Shown piece after piece: positions 45,404 to 52,818 of a DNA stretch of 60,567 nt. This stretch comes from an uncultured Gammaproteobacteria bacterium (GTDB lineage Bacteria > Patescibacteriota > Microgenomatia > 2-02-FULL-39-11): the NCBI GenBank assembly GCA_964354025.1, contig CAYGXQ010000002.1, positions 51,798-112,364 on the forward strand, in the 5' to 3' direction. Position 1 is the first letter of the stretch. Each line of letters starts with the position of its first letter. The notes below the pieces were generated by a model. It had not been told where the DNA came from and searched no databases. It saw only the letters and a list, made by a program, of their open reading frames with translations. The translations under genes and the position numbers were made by a program.

Positions 45404-45458
45404 ATTACCCTGTCAAATTTTGAGATTTGCTTTTCTTGTTGCATAAGCCTATAATATC
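45404..45458 (+). promoter_or_regulatory. Conserved 55-nt promoter block (copy 2)
   Basis: TTGCTT (45427-45432), 17-nt spacer, TATAAT (45450-45455). The ATG at 45467 is 11 nt downstream, with no SD. Confidence 0.65.
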
Positions 45459-45466
45459 TAGCTATT

Positions 45467-47491
45467 ATGATTGAACGAGATAGGGGAGAAAGAATTCCTG
45501 CTTCATTGGCTGAAATCAAGCCGGGTTTGGCTCTTATTTCCCCTGATTCAATCGAATCTTACAGAAATAGATTGTCCGCCTATTCTTCAGTGGTTACCAG
45601 AGATGGCGACCATCATTATGTTTCTGAAGCCTCCGGTCAACTTATCGGTGAAGGCGGAGGCCGGGCGGCTTTTACCGAACACGGCGATTTCAAAGTGAGA
45701 GAGGAAATTATCACTATCGTCAGGGAAATGCTAACCGGAAAAGCAGGCCAAGAGGGAAGAGAGCTGAAGGAAGAAAGTAGTAAAGATGAAAAAGGAATTT
45801 ATACTATATTCCCTGAATATGGAATTACCATCTGGAATAGTCCGGCCGGTCTGGTTGTCACCTACGCGCCTTCCGGAACCGATGATAAGAAAAAACCCCT
45901 GCGGACTGGTTCGCATCTGGATACACCGGAAGGCAATGCCGGCAGAGAAGACGGCCAGGGAGGTATAGCAGTCACTTTAGAGATGCTTCGCTGTATGATT
46001 GAATCAAAGTATATTCCCGAAAGTCCCATCCAATTGGTCTTCGACACCGCTGAAGAATCAGGGAAGCGGGCTTTCTTAGGCGCCGCCATGTTTGCCCAAG
46101 GCATAGAAGATATTGAACTGGATATCCGGCTTGAAATAGGATTATCTGTAAGGGAGGCAATAGAAAGATGGAGAAAATATTTCCACGCTGACCATTTTGA
46201 TATAAGTTGTCTGTCTGCGCCGCTGTTGCCGCAAGGCCGTTGCTACATCGAGCCCCATGCTTTCCCGGGTAAATTAGATGAAAAAATTATTTTAGCCGCT
46301 CCGGAATCAATCCCCGCTGCCAGAAGGTTTGAAATTATAGTAGAACCTATTGAAAAAGCCGCCAAACAAGCAGTAGAAGTTATGACAAGTAAATATACTC
46401 AGGCTCTGACAATAAAGACCACTGGTACACCGGGTCATCATGCAAGTTTTAAACCAGATGAAAAACTAAGCGCACTGGATAGGCTCGCCAGATTTTTTCC
46501 AAACCTTAAACAAGCCATAACTGAGGTAGAAGGAATTGAGGTTTATATTGTCGAAATGGGTATAAACGGTAAACAGGCGATGAATGTTGTACCCGGAGAG
46601 GCGGAAATGACGTTAGTCGTGGCCGGTGACACGAAAGAAACGGTAACAAATGTAATACAGACTATCGAAGCCGCAAAAGAAGAACATAATGAGCGTCATC
46701 TTTGGCCATATCCTTGTAAATATCCAATTGTCATCAGCCATTCTCCCACTCCTCCTACAATAGATAGCTTGTTTTATGATGCCCAAACCACCTTCAGGTC
46801 TTTCGAAATTACCGCAAGAATGATTAATATTATTGAAAGAAATATAAACTTTTTAGGTAGGATAGCAAACGGTAGAGGAAATATAGGGATACTGGAATAC
46901 AATCCCAGTGGTGAAATCAGTTTTAATGTAGATGTGAGAAGTACTGACTTACACTGGTTAAACGATTGTATCTCCAGTTTCTTAGAAACCATAATACTTG
47001 GTTATCCTAGAGCTGGTAGAAAACCAATAGAAGAAATAGCAGTGGCAGGAACATTAATGACAGAAAAACAACTAAAAAAAATATTTCTAGCTTCGGAAAG
47101 GAGCGTCTATGATGCCATTCTTTATCATCATGTTGATAGTATAAATAATTCAGAACAAGCACTAGGTCATAGGTATATGGATTTTCCTCTACCCACACAC
47201 GTTATTAATTTTAACGGTCCGCTTCCCGGCAGCGTGGATCCTTTATTTCCATCAAAAGATTTACATAGAGTTATTCAGGATGTAGCTCGTGATCTTTATA
47301 AACAGTATGTGCGAAAATTCCCGATCACGGCCGGTGAATCCGGACAGGTTTTTCAGCATATTTCCGATATGGTAAATATGATCTTTGTCCAACAGCAGGG
47401 CGTGACTCACCAACCATCTGAGTATGTGGAACCGGAGCATTGGGCTATGGCCGCAGCCACTCTCTGGGGGACGCTTCATCAGGTTAGATAA
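45467..47491 (+). CDS. Oversized (674 aa) M20/carbamoylase-family amidohydrolase-like protein, paralog 2
   Basis: LIGEGGGRAAFTEHGDFKVRE, RTGSHLDTPEGNAGREDGQGGIAV, VFDTAEESGKRAFLGAAM (EE retained). Colinear with paralog 1, but only motif-level identity. Confidence 0.5.
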   Translation: MIERDRGERIPASLAEIKPGLALISPDSIESYRNRLSAYSSVVTRDGDHHYVSEASGQLIGEGGGRAAFTEHGDFKVREEIITIVREMLTGKAGQEGRELKEESSKDEKGIYTIFPEYGITIWNSPAGLVVTYAPSGTDDKKKPLRTGSHLDTPEGNAGREDGQGGIAVTLEMLRCMIESKYIPESPIQLVFDTAEESGKRAFLGAAMFAQGIEDIELDIRLEIGLSVREAIERWRKYFHADHFDISCLSAPLLPQGRCYIEPHAFPGKLDEKIILAAPESIPAARRFEIIVEPIEKAAKQAVEVMTSKYTQALTIKTTGTPGHHASFKPDEKLSALDRLARFFPNLKQAITEVEGIEVYIVEMGINGKQAMNVVPGEAEMTLVVAGDTKETVTNVIQTIEAAKEEHNERHLWPYPCKYPIVISHSPTPPTIDSLFYDAQTTFRSFEITARMINIIERNINFLGRIANGRGNIGILEYNPSGEISFNVDVRSTDLHWLNDCISSFLETIILGYPRAGRKPIEEIAVAGTLMTEKQLKKIFLASERSVYDAILYHHVDSINNSEQALGHRYMDFPLPTHVINFNGPLPGSVDPLFPSKDLHRVIQDVARDLYKQYVRKFPITAGESGQVFQHISDMVNMIFVQQQGVTHQPSEYVEPEHWAMAAATLWGTLHQVR

Positions 47492-47510
47492 TTGAAGAAT
47501 TATCCGCTAT

Positions 47511-47602
47511 TAGGGACGGGGGCAGAAGAAGTTGATAGTATCATCTAAAATACCTTATTTTTCTTAGGCGAATTTCACTTTTATTCCCGGGCTCATGGCG
47601 GA
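47511..47602. repeat. Conserved downstream flank + rplA remnant C
   Basis: See 41770-41853. The remnant is GAATTTCACTTTTATTCCCGGGCTCATGGCGGA (47570-47602). Confidence 0.8.
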
Positions 47603-47650
47603 CCCAGCCTCGTCGGCAGGCAGGTTTGAGGGTGATACTTCGCGGCAAAC

Positions 47651-48046
47651 TCAAGGAGAAGCGGGGAAAGGATAGAATTTTAGAGATTTGATTTGTCGGA
47701 AATGTTTTAGATTTCGGGTCGCCAGTTTGGCTTTCAGATAAATTGCAGTTTGGGCGATGATATAATCGGCCAAGGGTAAATTCACTTTTTGTCCGTTTTT
47801 GGCGATCCCCGTAAATCGGGCCAGTTCTTTGTCAAAAGGGATAACGGGAAAATTATTCACCAGCTCCGAGAGCAGTTTGTTTGTTTCGACGTCCATTCTT
47901 CCGGCAAAAAGTTCCACGACAGTGACGGAGGAGAGGTATAGTTGGATTTTCCCTGCTAATTGGAGATTTAGAAGTTCTTCATACCAGCTTTTTCCGGTTC
48001 TGAGATAATCGATAATGATATCGCTGTCTAGGATGACTTTTTCCAT
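47651..48046 (-). CDS. vapC: PIN-domain toxin (VapC-like)
   Basis: LDSDIIIDYL, VVELF, ADYIIAQTA, TRNLKHF: acidic residues in PIN order. Confidence 0.8.
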   Translation of the reverse strand: MEKVILDSDIIIDYLRTGKSWYEELLNLQLAGKIQLYLSSVTVVELFAGRMDVETNKLLSELVNNFPVIPFDKELARFTGIAKNGQKVNLPLADYIIAQTAIYLKAKLATRNLKHFRQIKSLKFYPFPASP

Positions 48047-48054
48047 AAAAGAAT

Positions 48055-48339
48055 TTATGCGCCTAACTGACGCATGTAACGGATTTCTTTTTTGCCGCGG
48101 AAGAAATTATTATTATAATCAATCTTTATTTTTCCGATCAGTTTCCGGGAGATAGACAACAGTTTTTTTGCTTGTTCTCTGGCTGTTTGTTCAACCGGAA
48201 TCACTTTCAATATCGTTTTGCCGTCTTTTTCTATCAGTACTTCGCCACCGTCTTCAACCAGGCGGTCGGTTAAGCTGAAAATATTTTTCCTGAAATCAGT
48301 GATGGGGATGAGTACATTCATATGTACGTCAGTGTACAT
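48055..48339 (-). CDS. Phd/YefM-like antitoxin
   Basis: MNVLIPITDFRKNIFSLTDRLVEDGGEVLIEKDGKTILKVIP (probable start 48321). Lies directly upstream of vapC. Confidence 0.6.
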   Translation of the reverse strand: MYTDVHMNVLIPITDFRKNIFSLTDRLVEDGGEVLIEKDGKTILKVIPVEQTAREQAKKLLSISRKLIGKIKIDYNNNFFRGKKEIRYMRQLGA

Positions 48340-48378
48340 AATATGTTAGGGTTTGTCAAGAGGGAGATCAGCTGACTT

Positions 48379-48732
48379 TTACTTCGTGATTTTTCGGCCG
48401 ATTTCCAAAGATAGGTTCCGGAAAAAAGATTGAAGAGTGGTAAGTTCCAAAGGTTTGATCATTTTAGGCAGAAAGTCGAAATCATCGACTTTCAAAAAGT
48501 CAGAGGCGATCAGGAATTGGTCAGTTTTTAGATGAAATTTAGCTTCAAGTCCATATATTAAATCCCAGATTGTATATTTTTTTAAGAGATAATAAAGATC
48601 GACGAAGTCTTTAATATCAGTCCTTTGATTGATAGTCAATAATTTATTGGTCGCGATGTCCCTAAAAGGGTCATTTTTCAATTCATCCAGTATGATTTTT
48701 TGATTTCTGGTGATGATTGGTATTTTCCCCAT
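48379..48732 (-). pseudogene. AbiEii-like gene copy with an in-frame ~101-codon deletion
   Basis: Near-identical to 37481..38137 but jumps from ...LKNDPF to RDIATNKLL..., removing the GG...DLDF nucleotidyltransferase core. Confidence 0.75.
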
Positions 48733-48917
48733 ATCAAAAGCTCCAATAAACGCTTTGGTAATCTATATATATGCAGTTGATCCCAATTGTTTTTTATAGA
48801 GTGAAGATCCAGTTTTGTCTTACCGGGTCCGTAATTTATCAATCTCTCCAGCATAAAGAGCCGGCCTTTTTTGGTTTTTCTTAACTCCTTTTCATCATAG
48901 TCCCAAAGGTGTTTCAT
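48678..48917 (-). CDS. Second copy of the small AbiEii-partner protein
   Basis: 77 of 79 aligned residues identical to 38083..38325. Confidence 0.4.
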   Translation of the reverse strand: MKHLWDYDEKELRKTKKGRLFMLERLINYGPGKTKLDLHSIKNNWDQLHIYRLPKRLLELLIWGKYQSSPEIKKSYWMN

Positions 48918-48968
48918 CGTATTGGAATTATATCAGACAGAAGGGGGAAAGGGCAACTTTAGAGATAA

Positions 48969-49007
48969 TCAATTGAATTTAACCTTTATCCCCGGGCTCA
49001 TGGTGGA
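48969..49007 (-). repeat. rplA 3'-end remnant B
   Basis: TCAATTGAATTTAACCTTTATCCCCGGGCTCATGGTGGA vs 38372-38410 TTAATTGAATTTTACTTTTATCCCCGGACTCATGGTGGA. Followed by a small hairpin TGCCTGAC-AACA-GTCAGGCA. Confidence 0.85.
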
Positions 49008-49061
49008 CATGCCTCGACTGCCTGACAACAGTCAGGCAAGGCGGGTTTCAGAGTTACATTT

Positions 49062-50285
49062 TTAAAAAACGGTCATGGTCAGAAAATCGATGATATTGAT
49101 CTGTTTAATACCCTTATAATCACCCTGTGTCATTTCATCCATGGAAACAACCATTTTAGGATAGTTATCAGGAACATCCAGGAGGTTGCCGAACTCTCTT
49201 TGTTTGACTTTGGGCGAAGTGATCAGATAAGCCACTTGGACATAGATCCTTTTACCGCTTTTCTCGCCGACAAAATCGATGTCTTTTTTATCCAACTGAC
49301 CGATGGATACTTTATAACCCAGATAAGTCAGGTGGCCGAAAACCAGATTTTCCAAAATTTTATTAATGTCCGCCTGCCGGTAACCGATGTAAGTATGCCT
49401 AAGACCTAAATCCTGCCAATAATATTTTTCGTTCACTTCAAAGATTTTCTTGCCGATCACTTCCATCCGGGGTACTTTATGGACAATGAAACTGGAACTC
49501 AGGTTTGAGAGGTAGTTTAAAACAGTATTGGGAGAAAGGGCTATATGCTGGGATTTCAGAAAATCGCTGATTTTTTTGGCCGAAACCAGACTCCCTGTAT
49601 TATCCGCCAGATACTCAACCAGCCTTAAAAGAAAATTGACATTTCTGATGGTATATCTTTCCACCACATCCTTCAATATGATGGTATTGGCGACGCTCTG
49701 TAGATAACCGTAGACAATTTCATCGGTCAGGTCAAGATGGATCAGGTAGGGAAGCCCTCCGTATTTGATATATTTCAGGAGCGAATCGCTGTTTTTTTCC
49801 AGACGGTGGAAATGCAGAAATTCCGGGAATGAAAGCGGATAGACCGGAATTTCCAAAAATCTGCCTGACAAAAGAGTCGCCAGCTCTCCGGAGAGGAGAT
49901 TGGCATTACTGCCGGTACAGTAGATGTCGTATTTTTTGGAAGCAGCCAGATCTCTCAGGGCTTTTTCGAAAAACTGGATATCCTGGATTTCGTCGATAAA
50001 AAGGTAATTTTTCCCCGCTTTTGAGGTTTTGGATTTAATGTATTTGAGTAAGTCATGATATGTACGGATCTGGTCAAACTTATACAATTCTTTATTGATA
50101 TAGATAAAGGCGGCTTTGGGATGGCTTTTTTTGATCTCATCCATAATCTGGAAAAGAAGATAACTTTTACCCGCTCTCCGTTGGCCGGTCAGCACCTTGA
50201 TAATTTCTTTATCTATAAAGGGCTTCACCTTGTCTAGGTATTTCCCTCTTTTGATATATCTTTTAACCATACTTAAAATATACAC
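49062..50285 (-). CDS. AAA ATPase, DUF4143-containing family (paralog 2)
   Basis: Walker A GQRRAGKSYLL, Walker B YLFIDEIQ. Probable start MVKRYIKRG at 50270. Confidence 0.8.
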   Translation of the reverse strand: MYILSMVKRYIKRGKYLDKVKPFIDKEIIKVLTGQRRAGKSYLLFQIMDEIKKSHPKAAFIYINKELYKFDQIRTYHDLLKYIKSKTSKAGKNYLFIDEIQDIQFFEKALRDLAASKKYDIYCTGSNANLLSGELATLLSGRFLEIPVYPLSFPEFLHFHRLEKNSDSLLKYIKYGGLPYLIHLDLTDEIVYGYLQSVANTIILKDVVERYTIRNVNFLLRLVEYLADNTGSLVSAKKISDFLKSQHIALSPNTVLNYLSNLSSSFIVHKVPRMEVIGKKIFEVNEKYYWQDLGLRHTYIGYRQADINKILENLVFGHLTYLGYKVSIGQLDKKDIDFVGEKSGKRIYVQVAYLITSPKVKQREFGNLLDVPDNYPKMVVSMDEMTQGDYKGIKQINIIDFLTMTVF

Positions 50286-50355
50286 GGAATATATATAATA
50301 TTTTAATTATACTTAAAATAGATAATTTGTCAAGGATAGAGGAAATTAGTGGTTA

Positions 50356-51234
50356 TTAATTGAATTTAATTTTGATGCCGGGACTCATCGTTGATTTTAA
50401 AGTAATATTCTTGATCTTCGTCTCTCCGACGGATTTGGTGAAGGCTTTGAAATTTTCCTCAAGCTGTTTGTCTTTAAAAGAGAGTTTACCGATTACCTGG
50501 TGGATGATGGGGAAGTCCGCCTCGGTTTTCCAGGCGATTTCTCCGCCGGCCAGCTTGGCCGCCACTTTTTCCGGAGTGGGTGAAATGGTTCCATTTTTCG
50601 GATTAGGCATGAGACCCTTGGGGCCTAAAAAGCGGGCCACTTTGGCCAGCTTGGCCATCACCTGCGGATGAGCCACCAGGGCGTCAAAGTCGATTTTCCC
50701 TTTTTCGACGGCTTCCACGATTTTATCTATGGTAGTGTTGTCGGCGATGGCGACCCTGATCTTTTTGCCGGTGCCGTGGGGCAGTTGGACATTGCCGCGC
50801 AGACCTTTTTCCGCTACGTTAATATGGAGTTCTACCGTACCGTCAAATTTAGTCAGGGAAATCTGTCGAAGAAGGGCAAGGGCTTCATCAATCGGATAAA
50901 CTTTTTTGTGCTCGATCTTCATCACCGCCGCTTTATAATTGCCTGATCGTACCCGTATTTTGGCTTTTCTTTTGGGTTTTTCCGCTTCAATCTTTATTCC
51001 TTCAGCCTGGTCTTTTTCCACCTGTTCGGTCAGTTTGGCCAGCCGATTAAGTTCCTCTTCACTTTCCGCCCCGACACTCTTTATCCTTTCGCCGCCTTTC
51101 ATGCCGGCGATGTGGATTTTTTCCGGCTTTGCCGCGTGTTCCCTTTTTTTCTTTTCCTCACGGCGAACCTTCTGCTTTTCACGCAGTGCTTCTTCGTTTT
51201 CTCCGCCTAAAGTAGCAACTTTTATTTTTCCCAT
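50356..51234 (-). CDS. rplA: Ribosomal protein L1 with a ~95-aa Lys/Glu-rich N-terminal extension
   Basis: YPIDEALALLRQISLTKFDGTVELHINV...LPHGTGKKIRVAI...ARFLGPKGLMPNPKNGT. 292 aa. Confidence 0.93.
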   Translation of the reverse strand: MGKIKVATLGGENEEALREKQKVRREEKKKREHAAKPEKIHIAGMKGGERIKSVGAESEEELNRLAKLTEQVEKDQAEGIKIEAEKPKRKAKIRVRSGNYKAAVMKIEHKKVYPIDEALALLRQISLTKFDGTVELHINVAEKGLRGNVQLPHGTGKKIRVAIADNTTIDKIVEAVEKGKIDFDALVAHPQVMAKLAKVARFLGPKGLMPNPKNGTISPTPEKVAAKLAGGEIAWKTEADFPIIHQVIGKLSFKDKQLEENFKAFTKSVGETKIKNITLKSTMSPGIKIKFN

Positions 51235-51236
51235 AA

Positions 51237-51662
51237 TTACTCAACTTTTATTCCCATACTCCTCGCCGTGCCTTCGACGATTTTAGCAGCGGCTTCGGGA
51301 GTATCACAATTTAAGTCAGCCATTTTTTCTTTGCCGATTTCGGCAGCTTGCGCTTTGGTCAGGGTGCCGGATGATTCCCGTCCCGCTTTTCCTGAACCTT
51401 TGGCGATACCCAATTTTTTCTTGATCATTTCCGCTACCGGCGGAAGTTTGGTGATAAAAGAGAAAGTCCTGTCAGTATAAACTGTGATAACTGCGGGAAT
51501 AATTTGTCCTTTTTGTTTGGCGGTTTTATCGTTGTAAGCGCGGACGAAATCCATAATCGACAGTCCGTGCTGTCCCAGAGCCGGCCCGACGGGGGGAGCG
51601 GGAGTGGCTTCTCCTGCGGGAAGATTGAGTTTGACGATTGTTTTTACTTTTTTCGCTGGCAT
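51237..51662 (-). CDS. rplK: Ribosomal protein L11
   Basis: KLNLPAGEATPAPPVGPALGQHGLSIMDFVRAYN. GGGAGG SD upstream. Confidence 0.97.
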   Translation of the reverse strand: MPAKKVKTIVKLNLPAGEATPAPPVGPALGQHGLSIMDFVRAYNDKTAKQKGQIIPAVITVYTDRTFSFITKLPPVAEMIKKKLGIAKGSGKAGRESSGTLTKAQAAEIGKEKMADLNCDTPEAAAKIVEGTARSMGIKVE

Positions 51663-51880
51663 ATTGTTCGCCTCCCTATATTTAATTACTTAATAATAAA
51701 TACAGGTATTTGATATATTACCATAATGTTTTCAGAATGAAAAGGGGTGTATTGCAAGGCTATCTAAGTTATAGGCTGTTGATAATTTATCCACATAAAA
51801 ACCTATAGTGAGAGATAATATAAATTATATAGGATATAGAACATATAATATGGAGTGATTTATGAGGGATTTCGTGGGAT

Positions 51881-52516
51881 TTATAATTTAGCGATTTGTA
51901 GAAAATCTAACTCAACAGGAGTTTCTCTTCCGAAGATGGAAACTAGCACTTTTACCTTGCCGCGGGTTTCGTCAACTGAATCAATTGATCCTAAAAAGTC
52001 GGCAAACGGGCCGTCAATGATTTTTACCGCCTCGCCGATGGAAAACTTGGTCTTAAACTTCGGCGCTTCAAGTTTCATAAACTGCATGATGGCTTTGACT
52101 TCACTGTCTGAAATCGGGGTCGGTTTGTGTCCCATTCCCACAAAAGCAGTCACTCCCGGGGTAGTCCGTACTGCCAGCCAGCTTTCATCATCAAGCGTCA
52201 TCCGCACCAGGATATAGCCGGGAAAAATTTTCTCTTTGGATTCTTCTTTTTTGCCGTGGCGGACCTGGACAATATTACGGGTGGGGACGACGATCTCATA
52301 GATTTTTCCGCCCAAATTCATGGCGGTGATTCTTTGTTTAAGGGCGGCAGACGCTTTATTCTCATGGCCGGAGTAGGTGTGGACGACGAACCATTGGCCT
52401 TTATCAGGTTGTAAGTTGTCAGTTGTAGGTTGTAGGTTGTTAGGTTGTTCCACTGGTTGCTTCACCTCGCCGACTGGTGTTTGGTTTTCTTTTTTTTCTT
52501 GTTTTTTGTCTGCCAT
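51881..52516 (-). CDS. nusG: Transcription termination/antitermination factor NusG
   Basis: WFVVHTYSGHENKA (NGN) and a C-terminal KOW (GEAVKIIDGPFADFLGSIDSVD). The N-terminal ~40 aa are low complexity, encoded by a heptamer tract at ~52405-52450. Confidence 0.93.
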   Translation of the reverse strand: MADKKQEKKENQTPVGEVKQPVEQPNNLQPTTDNLQPDKGQWFVVHTYSGHENKASAALKQRITAMNLGGKIYEIVVPTRNIVQVRHGKKEESKEKIFPGYILVRMTLDDESWLAVRTTPGVTAFVGMGHKPTPISDSEVKAIMQFMKLEAPKFKTKFSIGEAVKIIDGPFADFLGSIDSVDETRGKVKVLVSIFGRETPVELDFLQIAKL

Positions 52517-52527
52517 ATATTAAAAAA

Positions 52528-52749
52528 TTATTTCTTAATCAATAAATCCGTCAATTTCGTCATAACCATGTCCAGCCCGCCGATGTAAATGCCTATGACG
52601 ACCGAAACAACGATGACGATGGCCGTCAGTTTGATCACTTCCGGACGGGTCGGCCAGACGACTTTGGACAGCTCGCTTTTGACTTCTTTAAAAAAGACAA
52701 TCGGGCTGGCCTTAAAATCCGGTAACATCGGTTTAGGTAAGTCTGCCAT
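52528..52749 (-). CDS. secE: Preprotein translocase subunit SecE
   Basis: FFKEVKSELSKVVWPTRPEV followed by a single TM. Lies upstream of nusG. Confidence 0.88.
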   Translation of the reverse strand: MADLPKPMLPDFKASPIVFFKEVKSELSKVVWPTRPEVIKLTAIVIVVSVVIGIYIGGLDMVMTKLTDLLIKK

Positions 52750-52818
52750 GCTTCACTTTGTTGCAGTTTATCACAACCGGTGTTGACTTGTAAAGCCGAG
52801 TTACGGTATGATCATTTC

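Noticed and set aside
45367-45519. N-terminal extension of ORF 44371..45519, and ORF 39596..39823 (both contain YRLMQQEKQI)
   Set aside because: The shared peptide is just the reverse translation of the duplicated 55-nt promoter block. The SBP signal peptide begins at the ATG at 45366.
27459-50355. Search for an integrase, recombinase or excisionase that could explain the cassette array
   Set aside because: None was found. The only mobility gene is the Y1/HUH transposase at 38845..39507. The excisionase-type HTH at 22157..22366 lies outside the island and has no adjacent recombinase.
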